IMG/VR virus record: IMGVR_UViG_3300007351_000277
Span: 1 to 64,000 of that record
Origin: a virus
Length of the DNA stretch: 64,000 nt
Reading direction: 5' to 3' (one strand)
Part shown: positions 50,966 to 59,507 of the stretch, in pieces
How the letters are laid out: every line of letters begins with the position of its first letter
Numbering within the stretch: position 1 is the first letter of the stretch
Program-made: the position numbers and the translations under genes
The notes under the pieces: generated by a model
Database searches by the model: none
Told to the model about the DNA's origin: nothing
Seen by the model: the letters and a program-made list of their open reading frames with translations, nothing else

Positions 50966-51311
50966 TGAGAATTTCCGTTTTACAGACATGAGCATGAAAA
51001 CTTGCATGGGGAAAGGTCCCAATCAAGAGATAGAGAAAACCTTAACCGACATACGCATTGAGTCTCGTCGTATCGCTGATCGACTGCGCATTGCTGCAGG
51101 TGCCATCGAACGGTTTGGTGTTAACTACACCCACAATCCATCCGAAGGATCAATGCACTGGCTGTGGTTGTTCATGCATGACATGCCCAGAAGTGTGCAC
51201 ATTAAGTATGTTGGTGTGCCACTGATCCTTTCGGTTGATGTAGACCAGCTGGGGAGGTTGTTCGAGAAACTTCATGGCCTGTGTCAAGAAGCAGGGCAGA
51301 AATGCGACTAG
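50955..51311 (+). CDS. hypothetical protein
   Basis: In-frame ATG 50955 within track ORF 50739..51311. It overlaps the preceding gene end by 11 nt. Confidence 0.45.
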   Translation: MACDENFRFTDMSMKTCMGKGPNQEIEKTLTDIRIESRRIADRLRIAAGAIERFGVNYTHNPSEGSMHWLWLFMHDMPRSVHIKYVGVPLILSVDVDQLGRLFEKLHGLCQEAGQKCD

Positions 51312-51547
51312 AACCACCAGCCACACCGGAAATGCTAAGCCAGTATCTTCCTGTTACGCTAACAGAAGAAGAGAATCGCATTGACGCACTGATTCTCTTG
51401 CAACTGACAGCCAGGGAACAAGGCAGAGACTGGGACTACTACAAGGCGCTGATCGAGGAACGAGAGTGCCAGAAACTTGAAGAGCTCAGTCTAACGCGGT
51501 TGCGTCACTATGTGCAGATTCTACTGGCAAGCAATCCGTTGCGATGA
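51302..51547 (+). CDS. hypothetical protein
   Basis: In-frame ATG 51302 within track ORF 51281..51547. Confidence 0.4.
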   Translation: MRLEPPATPEMLSQYLPVTLTEEENRIDALILLQLTAREQGRDWDYYKALIEERECQKLEELSLTRLRHYVQILLASNPLR

Positions 51548-51605
51548 CCGTGGACGATTGACAATCGGTGGGCCTGGGAACGATAGGAAAAGGGGAAAGA
51601 TACTC

Positions 51606-52085
51606 ATGAGCGAGGAACCGGGAGTTTACGAGGTTGATGCGCAGTGCTTCGACCCGAAGCAGCTTGTTGAGCGAGTGTACAAGTTGCGCCAGGTAGTCGC
51701 GGATGCGTCGTCGGTGCTGGCAGAGCGTCGGCGCCAGTGGGAAGAGCAGAACCAGACGCTTCTCAACGCAAGCAAAGCGTTGCAGAGTGACCTGGTACAG
51801 GCTGAAACCGACCTGCGATCCTGGGCGGTAAGCCAATACTACCGCACGGGCAACAAGGCACCCGGACCGGGCGTCAATATCCGCATGAGGACGACTGTGG
51901 AGTACAACGATGCCGAGGCGCTTGAGTGGGCCAAGGCGCATAGCACCTGCCTAGTACTGGACGCCAAGACGTTCGAGAAAGCAGCCAAGGCGGGGCTTGT
52001 GGACGCCGGGGTCGCCACGATTGTCGAGGAGCCGACCGCCACTATCGCCACCGACCTAGGTAAGGCACTGGAGGTGGGGGTGTGA
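51606..52085 (+). CDS. hypothetical protein (siphovirus Gp157-like by pattern)
   Basis: ATG 51606 follows AAAAGGGGAAAG. It has an N-terminal coiled coil and C-terminal LVLDAKTFEKAAKAGLVDAGVATIVEE. The resemblance is from memory only. Confidence 0.4.
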   Translation: MSEEPGVYEVDAQCFDPKQLVERVYKLRQVVADASSVLAERRRQWEEQNQTLLNASKALQSDLVQAETDLRSWAVSQYYRTGNKAPGPGVNIRMRTTVEYNDAEALEWAKAHSTCLVLDAKTFEKAAKAGLVDAGVATIVEEPTATIATDLGKALEVGV

Positions 52086-52384
52086 TTACGGACAAAGCGA
52101 CGCCAGCACAGTACATCGAATGGGTGGGTGAGCCGCCGGAACTCACGGCCGCCATAGGGGATGCCAAGAGCGAGCTACGGGTGCTGGCGCAGACGTGCAG
52201 GGACGTGGGGGCGAAGCTGGACAAGGCGGCCGAGGACTTTGACGGCGAGTTGCGGGCTTATGACCTGGGGCTGCAGTTGGGCGAGAATGCCGACTGGCCC
52301 TTCACCGATATCTACATCCGGGCAACAATGGCGATGTTGGCCGTCAACAAGGCAGCCGACATCTACGAGGGCCTGGCCGAGTAG
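52082..52384 (+). CDS. hypothetical protein
   Basis: 100-aa ORF whose GTG overlaps the preceding stop. Confidence 0.45.
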   Translation: MITDKATPAQYIEWVGEPPELTAAIGDAKSELRVLAQTCRDVGAKLDKAAEDFDGELRAYDLGLQLGENADWPFTDIYIRATMAMLAVNKAADIYEGLAE

Positions 52385-52494
52385 GGACGAACGAAATGGG
52401 GCACTGTTGGCGCAGTGCCCCTCATGGCAGAGCGTCGGGTGTCAGCCCAGGCTCTCGCTGTGTGTATCGCAAGAAGCATGCCAAGGAGGTGGAA

Positions 52495-52716
52495 GTGCCG
52501 ATATATCCTCGAACGAAGGCAGACATACAAGAGTCGCTCATCAGCGAAAGCAAGGCGAGACTAGATGCAATCGACCTGCTAGAGAAATCCGGCGCGATTA
52601 CCGAGGACCAGGCCATCGATGCATACGAGGGGGTGGCACTGTCGCTGGGGCGGAAGTTAATAAGACACGAGGGATATCGACGAAAGTTAATAAGACACGA
52701 GGGATATCGGTGGTGA
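52495..52716 (+). CDS. hypothetical protein ending in a duplicated decapeptide
   Basis: In-frame GTG 52495 follows the strong RBS AAGGAGGTGGAA. The C terminus RKLIRHEGYR-RKLIRHEGYRW is encoded by the 30-bp tandem repeat. Confidence 0.45.
   Translation: MPIYPRTKADIQESLISESKARLDAIDLLEKSGAITEDQAIDAYEGVALSLGRKLIRHEGYRRKLIRHEGYRW
52654..52709 (+). repeat. tandem direct repeat, 2 copies, 30-bp period (AAGTTAATAAGACACGAGGGATATCG)
   Basis: Read directly. Identical 26-nt cores lie at 52654-52679 and 52684-52709, ending 20 nt upstream of the C5-MTase ATG. Confidence 0.9.
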
Positions 52717-52728
52717 AAGGAGCCAAGC

Positions 52729-53484
52729 ATGAGATGGGGCGAGAGTCTGACTATGGATCAACTGGTTTTGTCGCTGTTCCCCGGTATCGGGCTGCTCGAC
52801 ATGGCATTCGAGCAGGTGGGATTTAGCGTTGTGCGTGGGCCCGATACGCTGTGGGGCGGCGATATCAAACGTTTCCATGTGCCTGCCCGAAGATTCGAGG
52901 GCGTGATAGGCGGCCCGCCATGTCAAGCATTTAGCCGTCTACGCCACCTGGTGGAGCACAATGGCTACACAGTGGCGGAGAATCTGATCCCGGAGTTCGA
53001 GCGAATATGCGGGGAGGCTCAGCCTATATGGTTCCTGATGGAGAATGTACCAGCAGCACCAGAGCCGACCGTGCCAGGATATATCGTGAACTCGCTACTG
53101 CTCAACAATCGATGGCTAGGAGGGGTGCAGAATCGAGTACGACGATTCTCATTTGGCACGCGCACTGGGATAGCGTTGGATGTCTGCGTGTGCGCGCTAG
53201 AGGCGTTGGATTGGCAGCCTGCTGTTATGGCGTCGGGCACCCGCCCGACGCCTGTACGTTTGGGGCCAAAAGGCAAGCCGAAACGAACGGCGGCGCGCAA
53301 TATCGGCTACAAGACGCGGGACTACCTCCAACGAGGCTGTGTTCTACAGGGGCTACCTGCTGATTTTCTGGACGATGCCCCGTTCACCGTAGCAGGCAAA
53401 ATTAAAGTGGTTGGCAATGGCGTGCCTCTAGAGATGGGGCTGGCCATTGCCGGAGCAATTAAGGCGGCTACAGGAGGAGGCTAA
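52729..53484 (+). CDS. DNA (cytosine-5) methyltransferase
   Basis: Motif I LSLFPGIGLLD, motif IV GGPPCQAFS, motif VI FLMENVP, and C-terminal GNGVP. Confidence 0.9.
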   Translation: MRWGESLTMDQLVLSLFPGIGLLDMAFEQVGFSVVRGPDTLWGGDIKRFHVPARRFEGVIGGPPCQAFSRLRHLVEHNGYTVAENLIPEFERICGEAQPIWFLMENVPAAPEPTVPGYIVNSLLLNNRWLGGVQNRVRRFSFGTRTGIALDVCVCALEALDWQPAVMASGTRPTPVRLGPKGKPKRTAARNIGYKTRDYLQRGCVLQGLPADFLDDAPFTVAGKIKVVGNGVPLEMGLAIAGAIKAATGGG

Positions 53485-53485
53485 C

Positions 53486-53674
53486 ATGGAATGGCTGACG
53501 GTTGTGGTTGGCGTGGTGGCGTTTATTGTGGGGGCGAACGTCGGCCTGGTTATGGCAGGGCTGTGCCAGGTGGCGAAGGAAAACGAGATCAAGCAGCACG
53601 CGCCAGCGCCAGAGCAGGACGGACAGGACACGGCAGAAGCCGTAGTCCGGTATCTGAACGGGGGGAAGTCGTGA
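53486..53674 (+). CDS. small membrane protein
   Basis: In-frame ATG 53486 within track ORF 53447..53674. Hydrophobic segment WLTVVVGVVAFIVGANVGLVMAGL. Confidence 0.45.
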   Translation: MEWLTVVVGVVAFIVGANVGLVMAGLCQVAKENEIKQHAPAPEQDGQDTAEAVVRYLNGGKS

Positions 53675-54177
53675 TCATACTTTGCGATATTGACGGGGTG
53701 TTGGCTGATTGCAGCCACCGCAAGCACCACATCGAGCAGAACCCAAAGGACTGGGAAGCATTCTTCGATCCCGATGAAGTAATCAATGATGAGGTCATTC
53801 CAACGGGGAGAGATGTGTTGCACTGCCTGACAGAACAGGGACGCAGCTGGGTAACATTCGTTTCGGGGCGCAGCGAGACAACGAGGAAAGTAACCGCAAA
53901 ATGGATTGATAAGAATGTGCTGCTTGGATACATGGACGATGATTTCCTCTTTCGGACTATAGATGACCATCGTCCTGATTATCAATTCAAGGGCGAGATT
54001 TACCGCCGATTTAGAATGCTGTATCCCAAGTGTCGTATCTTCGTCATTGACGACAACATACGCAACGTAGAGGCTGCGATAGCGTGTGGCTGCACTGCCC
54101 TGCATTTCCGTTGGCCTGGGGAAGATAAAATGTGGGTGATGTCGGGTGCCAACAACGCGTTCGAGGTGACCGCATGA
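53671..54177 (+). CDS. HAD-superfamily phosphatase (nucleotidase / polynucleotide 3'-phosphatase-like)
   Basis: In-frame GTG 53671 within track ORF 53491..54177. DxDxT-type motif ILCDIDGVL, then VSGRSE and FVIDDN. Confidence 0.65.
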   Translation: MIILCDIDGVLADCSHRKHHIEQNPKDWEAFFDPDEVINDEVIPTGRDVLHCLTEQGRSWVTFVSGRSETTRKVTAKWIDKNVLLGYMDDDFLFRTIDDHRPDYQFKGEIYRRFRMLYPKCRIFVIDDNIRNVEAAIACGCTALHFRWPGEDKMWVMSGANNAFEVTA

Positions 54178-54491
54178 CTGATCGTTGGTCTGGCTTTCAT
54201 GGACACCCGGAATTCTATCAATTATTGGACATGATGGCTGACCTGCACAGCAGGAAGAACTCGGACTATGCAGGGAGCCAGGACCCCCTGTCCAACTTTC
54301 GTCGGGCTGAGCAGTTTGGGATACCAGCGTGGAAAGGCGCACTGGTGCGCATGAGCGACAAATGGAGCAGGATCGTAACGCTGGCCACCAAGGAACAGGC
54401 AGAGGTTAGGGATGAGTCTTTTGAGGACACACTGATAGACCTGGCTGTCTACAGCCTGCTGACCATCATACTGAGAAAGAGAAGCAAATGA
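54174..54491 (+). CDS. DUF1599 / MazG-like all-alpha NTP-pyrophosphohydrolase-fold protein
   Basis: In-frame ATG 54174. LHSRKNSDYAG...LVRMSDKWSRI...DESFEDTLIDLAVYSLL fits the pattern of this family as I recall it. Confidence 0.55.
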   Translation: MTDRWSGFHGHPEFYQLLDMMADLHSRKNSDYAGSQDPLSNFRRAEQFGIPAWKGALVRMSDKWSRIVTLATKEQAEVRDESFEDTLIDLAVYSLLTIILRKRSK

Positions 54492-55078
54492 CAGAGACTG
54501 ACATGGCGGAATTCCCATCAGCGCGTTTTGTAGAAATTACCCCAAATGCTGAGGGACTGATTTGTGCTGCCTATGGTATCTGTACCGGGCGACCGGCTAT
54601 CGAGCCAGAGCGCATTCAACGCTGGATTACCAAGGGACACGAGTCGCCATTGGAGCATGCGTCAGCTACCTTCTACATAGTATGCAGTAGGGTGGTGAGC
54701 CATCAGTTAGTACGCCACCGACTGTGCAGCTTTTCACAACGGAGCGACCGGTATGCACAGCAAGAGTGTGAAATCTATTGGCCTTCCGAATTACCGACAA
54801 ATGTGGGGATGGTAATACGCACAGCCATTGATGCATACAATCATCTGATCAGCAAGGGATATCCCAAGGAACTAGCCCGCTATATACTTCCGTGTGGTGT
54901 TACGACTGAACTCTACATAACTGCTAACCTGCGAGAGTGGCGACACATCATCAAGTTACGTGCCAGCAAGCATGCTCAGCCGGAAATGCAAGTGCTGGCC
55001 AGGAAGATTCTGAGGATTCTGCTAGTGCCATGTCCCCACGTCTTCGAGGATTTGGCACCATTACTGGACCACGATTAG
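54488..55078 (+). CDS. thyX: flavin-dependent thymidylate synthase
   Basis: ThyX signature SHQLVRHRLCSFSQRSDRY (RHRxxSxxxxS), then EWRHIIKLR. Confidence 0.9.
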   Translation: MTETDMAEFPSARFVEITPNAEGLICAAYGICTGRPAIEPERIQRWITKGHESPLEHASATFYIVCSRVVSHQLVRHRLCSFSQRSDRYAQQECEIYWPSELPTNVGMVIRTAIDAYNHLISKGYPKELARYILPCGVTTELYITANLREWRHIIKLRASKHAQPEMQVLARKILRILLVPCPHVFEDLAPLLDHD

Positions 55079-55098
55079 CCTATTAAGGAGAGAAGTAA

Positions 55099-55473
55099 TT
55101 GTTCGCACAGACAACCATCCTGGGTAGGGTAGGACAAACCCCCGAGCTTCGCTTCACCGAAAATGGCACAGCTGCCTGTAAGTTCTCGGTAGCGGTCAGT
55201 CGAAAGTACAAGACCAAGACCGGTGAGCAGAAGGAAGAGACGGTCTGGTACAAGGTACAGACCTGGCAGGCAACAGCGGAGAACGTGAGCAAGTACGTCA
55301 GCAAGGGCGACATGATTTTTGTCACGGGCGCGCTACAAACACCACGGGTGTACGACAGCAAGGGCGAGTCAAGATGTGACCTTGAGCTGCGTGCTGATGT
55401 GGTGCGATTTCTGGGAAGCAAGAAGAAGGAAGCAGCAGACCCAGAGATTGACATAGACGAGATACCATTTTAG
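55099..55473 (+). CDS. ssb: single-stranded DNA-binding protein
   Basis: OB-fold N terminus TILGRVGQTPELRFTENGTAACKFSVAV...WYKVQTW and the acidic C-terminal tip DIDEIPF. Confidence 0.9.
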   Translation: MFAQTTILGRVGQTPELRFTENGTAACKFSVAVSRKYKTKTGEQKEETVWYKVQTWQATAENVSKYVSKGDMIFVTGALQTPRVYDSKGESRCDLELRADVVRFLGSKKKEAADPEIDIDEIPF

Positions 55474-55482
55474 GAGAAGCTT

Positions 55483-56586
55483 TTGCAACTAACGATTGAA
55501 CGTAAGCGATTATGCGAGGCGCTACTACTGGCCAAGGCTGTCACCCACCGAAAAGCAAGCATGTATTCCGTGACGACCAACGTGCATCTCATGACAGCCA
55601 ACGACAAGCTGACGGCAACCGCTACCAACTTTGAGACGACCTCGCGCGAGGATGCGGCTTGCGAAGTCAAAGAAGAAGGCGCTGCACTAGTAACGGTTGA
55701 CCTGCTGGTTGATATCGTCAACGCACTGCAGGACGAAACCGTATCACTCAGGACCACCAAGACGCAGTTGGTAGTAGAGGGGAAGAATGGCAACGCTAGG
55801 CTAAACCTCTTCCGAATTGATGACTACCCTTTCTTGCCACCCCTACCTGACAGTATAGGCCAGATAGAAGCAAGCAAACTACGACATGCCATCAGGCAGG
55901 TCGCGCCTGCCATCGCACAAGACAACACCCGACCAGCGTTGACAGGGATGTGCTGGACCCTGGCTGACCATCAGATCGCTATGGCGGCAGCGGATGGATT
56001 CCGACTGCATGTCAAAACCCTGCCTGTCAACACGGACACCGCGCTACAGGTCATAGTACCCAAAACTAGCGTACAGGCTATTTCCAAGGCGTTTTCGAGT
56101 TCGGACATGGTAGATATCCATCTTGTCCCTGATGGGCCTCTCTGTGGCGTATCTGATGCGTCTCAGACCGTTATGGCACAACGCATAGCATCGTCATATC
56201 CTGATTTCAGGCGGTTAGTTCCAACAACCTGGGAACAGGAAATATCGATCAACGTAGCTGCTATGCAGGAAGCACTCAAAGCAGTGGCACCGTTTGCTAA
56301 CGAGAACGATGGCATTGTCCGCTTTGTGTGGGATTCGCCTGGTGGCCTTGCCATGTCCGCTAGAGGTGAGCTAGTAGGCGACGGGGTAGTGACGATAGAG
56401 TGCCAGGCCAACATGGAAGGCAAGGTAGCACTGCACCTGAAATACATATCGGACATGCTGGCAGCGATTAGTGGCGAGCAGTTGGTCATGAGGGCGAAGG
56501 ACCCCACGTCGCCAGTGCTGTTTGTTCCTGCTGACGATGACCCGTTCTTGTGTGTGATCATGCCCATGCAGGTGCTGTGGGACTAG
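55483..56586 (+). CDS. dnaN: DNA polymerase III beta sliding clamp
   Basis: 367 aa. LTIERKRLCEALLLAKAV...LTATATNFETT...DLLVDIVNAL...DDYPFLPPL is the typical beta-clamp pattern. Confidence 0.85.
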   Translation: MQLTIERKRLCEALLLAKAVTHRKASMYSVTTNVHLMTANDKLTATATNFETTSREDAACEVKEEGAALVTVDLLVDIVNALQDETVSLRTTKTQLVVEGKNGNARLNLFRIDDYPFLPPLPDSIGQIEASKLRHAIRQVAPAIAQDNTRPALTGMCWTLADHQIAMAAADGFRLHVKTLPVNTDTALQVIVPKTSVQAISKAFSSSDMVDIHLVPDGPLCGVSDASQTVMAQRIASSYPDFRRLVPTTWEQEISINVAAMQEALKAVAPFANENDGIVRFVWDSPGGLAMSARGELVGDGVVTIECQANMEGKVALHLKYISDMLAAISGEQLVMRAKDPTSPVLFVPADDDPFLCVIMPMQVLWD

Positions 56587-56599
56587 AAGGGATGTAAGC

Positions 56600-57133
56600 G
56601 TGACAAATCTAGATGTGCATTTCTCAAGTGCATCACAGCAACATCTTACACCCCAACACATTCTTGATGCTGTAGTTGGGTGCATGGGCATGATCGATCT
56701 GGACCCATGTGCAGAGACGATGGCGAACCCCAACGTTCCTGCAAGCGCTCATTTCACGGAAGACGATGATGGGCTGAAGCAGGAATGGTGGGGCAAAGTA
56801 TTCATGAATCCCCCTTACGGTAGGCAAATTGGGGACTGGTGCAACAAACTGGTTGCTGACTATCGCTTCGGTATCGTCACCGAAGCTATTGCACTGTTGC
56901 CTGCTCGTACCGATACACTATGGTTCCGAAAAATGCGTAACTTTCCTGCCTGCTTTGTGACTGGTAGGCTCAAGTTTGGGGAAGCAAGTAATACTGCGCC
57001 ATTCCCGTCTGTTCTGTTCTATCTAGGCCAGAACCTGTCAGCGTTTTTCCGAGAGTTCGCATATATCGGTGATATCTGGACCCGGATTGAGCTACACGAT
57101 ACCGAGTTAATTATACCGTGGGGGTGGCGGTGA
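56600..57133 (+). CDS. phage Dam-type DNA N6-adenine methyltransferase
   Basis: HLTPQHILD...IDLDPCA...VFMNPPYGRQIGDW...LLPARTDTLWF...GRLKF. Confidence 0.8.
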   Translation: MTNLDVHFSSASQQHLTPQHILDAVVGCMGMIDLDPCAETMANPNVPASAHFTEDDDGLKQEWWGKVFMNPPYGRQIGDWCNKLVADYRFGIVTEAIALLPARTDTLWFRKMRNFPACFVTGRLKFGEASNTAPFPSVLFYLGQNLSAFFREFAYIGDIWTRIELHDTELIIPWGWR

Positions 57134-57135
57134 CG

Positions 57136-57324
57136 CTACCGCTCGGCCAGCAGCGCCTCGACCTCGGCGCGGGGGATGCCCACGGGACCGTGCTTGGCAT
57201 AGAAAGGCTTTTGGGGACGCGGGTGCAGGCGACCGTCCCGAATAAGACGGTATACCGTCTTGATGGTACAGTTCAGCATGGCTGCTGTGCCTTTGATGGT
57301 AAGGTCGTCCGTGTTGTCCTGCAT
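57136..57324 (-). CDS. excisionase/MerR-type HTH DNA-binding protein (62 aa)
   Basis: This is the C-terminal third of track ORF 57136..57705. MQDNTDDLTIKGTAAMLNCTIKTVYRLIRDGRLHP... starts at ATG 57324 downstream of its own promoter. The upstream part of the track ORF is antisense to the ParB-MTase gene. Confidence 0.6.
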   Translation of the reverse strand: MQDNTDDLTIKGTAAMLNCTIKTVYRLIRDGRLHPRPQKPFYAKHGPVGIPRAEVEALLAER

Positions 57325-57330
57325 AATTCT

Positions 57331-57359
57331 AGTATACCACAGTATTGCCAGTATATCAA
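57331..57359 (-). promoter_or_regulatory. sigma70-like promoter (TTGATA-N17-TATACT on the - strand) for the HTH gene
   Basis: The reverse complement reads TTGATAtactggcaatactgtggTATACT. Confidence 0.5.
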
Positions 57360-57372
57360 TGTTATTCCCTGC

Positions 57373-57401
57373 TTGCATACAGGGTAATACTATGATATAC
57401 T
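57373..57401 (+). promoter_or_regulatory. sigma70-like promoter (TTGCAT-N17-TATACT) for the ParB-MTase operon
   Basis: Read directly. Its -10 is overlapped by one arm of the 10-bp inverted repeat CCAGTATATC (57348-57357) / GATATACTGG (57394-57403). Confidence 0.55.
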
Positions 57402-57429
57402 GGAATGCACTAGGGAATAGGGGGAAGAC

Positions 57430-58695
57430 TTGACAGAAACGATAGTTCGTAATGTAGACGCCATCATTTGGCGTAAGGATTTGTACCCGAGGTTCGATCC
57501 GAACCCAAGTATCATTGACCAGTACGTGGAAAGCCTGGACGAATTGCCGCCAATCGAAATTAACCAGCGTGATGAGTTGATTGACGGTTACCATAGATGG
57601 ACAGCGCACAAGGTAGCCAAGGCTGATAGCATCACTGTATTTGTGACTGAGACAGAGAGTGACAAGCATTTCATGCGGCTGGCTGTAGCACGCAATGCCA
57701 GTCACGGATTGCAGCTTACCTCTGCGGAGAAGAAAGCCTTAGTGTTAAGCATGTACGAGGGGAAGCCGGAAGAAAAGTCCGAACTGTCTAAGCTATTCTC
57801 AGTTTCAGAGCGTACCATAGCAACATGGACAGCACGCAGAGACAAGGACATGAAGGCACGTCGCAACCAGCGCATAGTCGAGATGTGGCTAGCCTGCTAC
57901 ACCGACGAGGAAATAGCGGAGGCGGTGGGGGTAGACCAGTCTACTGTCACTCGCGAGATGGAAGAACCATGCAAAAATGAAACCTTGCAGAAATGCATGA
58001 TTCTTGCCAACTACCAGGAGCCTGACTGGAAGCCACCGCTGTACAACGTGTGGAAGTTGCAGGAGAAAACCAATACCACTAATCACTTCGGCAATTCTGA
58101 GGCGTCATTCCTTGACAGCCTTGTCTATCTCTATACCCAACCTTTCGATATCGTAGTTGATCCATTTGCAGGCGGAGGCGCTGTTATAGACGTGTGCAAG
58201 AGACGGTTGCGCCGATACTGGGCAAGTGACCGGGTACCAACTGTAAAACGAAATGATATTAGAGAATGGGACATTACAAAGGGCCCGCCTTCGTTGCATA
58301 AGCGGTGGGGGGATGTGCATCTTCTCTTTCTCGACCCGCCTTATTGGAAGCAGGCAGAAGGCCAATACAGCAAGGATGCTAACGATCTTGCCAACATGCC
58401 ACTCGATAAGTTTTATAGCACACTGGCGGGGTTTGTCAAGGCATGTGCAGATAAGATGCAGGCAGGAAGCCACATCGCCTTGATGATGCAGCCAACACAA
58501 TGGAAGAACGAGGACAGGTCGGTTACGGATCATGTTGTTGACCTTTGCCAATTGCTGAGTGGAAAGCTGACTCTTCATAAGCGGATATCGTGTCCATATG
58601 AGTCTCAGCAATGCAATGCGCAACAAGTGACATGGGCAAAGGACAATAGGGAACTACTTGTCATCTCGCGTGAGATTATCGTCTGGACGGTATAA
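57430..58695 (+). CDS. ParB-like nuclease domain fused to an N6/N4 DNA methyltransferase
   Basis: ParB-N motif ELIDGYHRW, central HTH-like EIAEAVGVDQSTVTRE, and MTase motifs VVDPFAGGG and LFLDPPY. Confidence 0.85.
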   Translation: MTETIVRNVDAIIWRKDLYPRFDPNPSIIDQYVESLDELPPIEINQRDELIDGYHRWTAHKVAKADSITVFVTETESDKHFMRLAVARNASHGLQLTSAEKKALVLSMYEGKPEEKSELSKLFSVSERTIATWTARRDKDMKARRNQRIVEMWLACYTDEEIAEAVGVDQSTVTREMEEPCKNETLQKCMILANYQEPDWKPPLYNVWKLQEKTNTTNHFGNSEASFLDSLVYLYTQPFDIVVDPFAGGGAVIDVCKRRLRRYWASDRVPTVKRNDIREWDITKGPPSLHKRWGDVHLLFLDPPYWKQAEGQYSKDANDLANMPLDKFYSTLAGFVKACADKMQAGSHIALMMQPTQWKNEDRSVTDHVVDLCQLLSGKLTLHKRISCPYESQQCNAQQVTWAKDNRELLVISREIIVWTV

Positions 58696-58697
58696 GA

Positions 58698-59180
58698 ATG
58701 GCGCAGGAAGAACGTTATGGTACTCGAGGCAGGCACTACTCAGCATGGCACCGGCGAATGTCTACACAGAGATTCATTGGGATTGAGAACGCTCAACTTC
58801 TCGCCATGATTGATTTGGATGCAAGCCTATATGTCGAGTACGACGACCAAACGAAAGAGCCACTAGCACTTATCGAAACAGCTAGGGACGTGGACCAACA
58901 ATACAAGTCAGCTACAGTCACGTGTAATTTAGCCAAACGTACAGTCCCACCTGTCCCATGCTACATCGTCCTGTACAAGTTGGCTAATACGTATAATCCC
59001 GCAGACAGACAATGGCAGGACATATCAGGCTTTCGAGTAAGAAGGTTATGGCCAGAGCCACCTACCGGATGGGTATGCTATTCACCAGAAGAATGGGCCA
59101 AACAGCTATTGCTACTGCGACGATATTGTGCTCATAAGGTTGATGAAATGTTGATGCAGCCAGACGAAATCCCGTTTTAG
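58698..59180 (+). CDS. hypothetical protein with an SSB-like C-terminal tip (PDEIPF)
   Basis: 160 aa. It ends ...DEMLMQPDEIPF*, while the SSB ends ...IDIDEIPF*. Confidence 0.55.
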   Translation: MAQEERYGTRGRHYSAWHRRMSTQRFIGIENAQLLAMIDLDASLYVEYDDQTKEPLALIETARDVDQQYKSATVTCNLAKRTVPPVPCYIVLYKLANTYNPADRQWQDISGFRVRRLWPEPPTGWVCYSPEEWAKQLLLLRRYCAHKVDEMLMQPDEIPF

Positions 59181-59198
59181 CGCATTGAGGAGGCAGAC

Positions 59199-59507
59199 AT
59201 GCAACACGACGACCTCATCGACTTCCCTTGCTCGCCAACATACGCTAGCTACTTTGCGCACATCGGGATAACGCAGGACTACCCAAGGGAATACTACGAG
59301 CAGGAACGCAAGCCTAGCCAGAGCGAGTTCGAGCGCACGGTAGAACTGCACGCTGGTCTGGAACGACAGGAACGACAGATTGCCGAGTTACAGGTGCAAG
59401 TTCAACGGTTGCAGTCTTCACAGACAACTCGGCCTAAAATCGCACGGATCGATGAATACCGTGCACCAAAGCCAGCCAGCAAGCCCGTACAGGGGATTGA
59501 GATTTGA
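59199..59507 (+). CDS. hypothetical coiled-coil protein
   Basis: 102-aa ORF with RBS GAGGAGGCAGAC. Confidence 0.5.
   Translation: MQHDDLIDFPCSPTYASYFAHIGITQDYPREYYEQERKPSQSEFERTVELHAGLERQERQIAELQVQVQRLQSSQTTRPKIARIDEYRAPKPASKPVQGIEI

Noticed and set aside
52161-52826. 221-aa alternative-frame + strand ORF
   Set aside because: It overlaps three better-supported ORFs in another frame. It has an Arg/Gly/Trp-rich composition and no RBS.
53428-54342. 304-aa - strand ORF, and similar ones at 60579..61418, 63222..63911, 44616..45281 and 3856..4518
   Set aside because: Each spans several well-supported + strand genes (MTase/HAD/DUF1599, helicase end, and others) and has a Pro/Arg/Ser-rich composition typical of antisense frames.
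57325-57705. N-terminal two-thirds of the 189-aa - strand ORF 57136..57705
   Set aside because: It is antisense to the ParB-MTase coding region and crosses the intergenic promoter region. Only the C-terminal 62 codons, which have their own promoter, ATG and HTH, look genuine.
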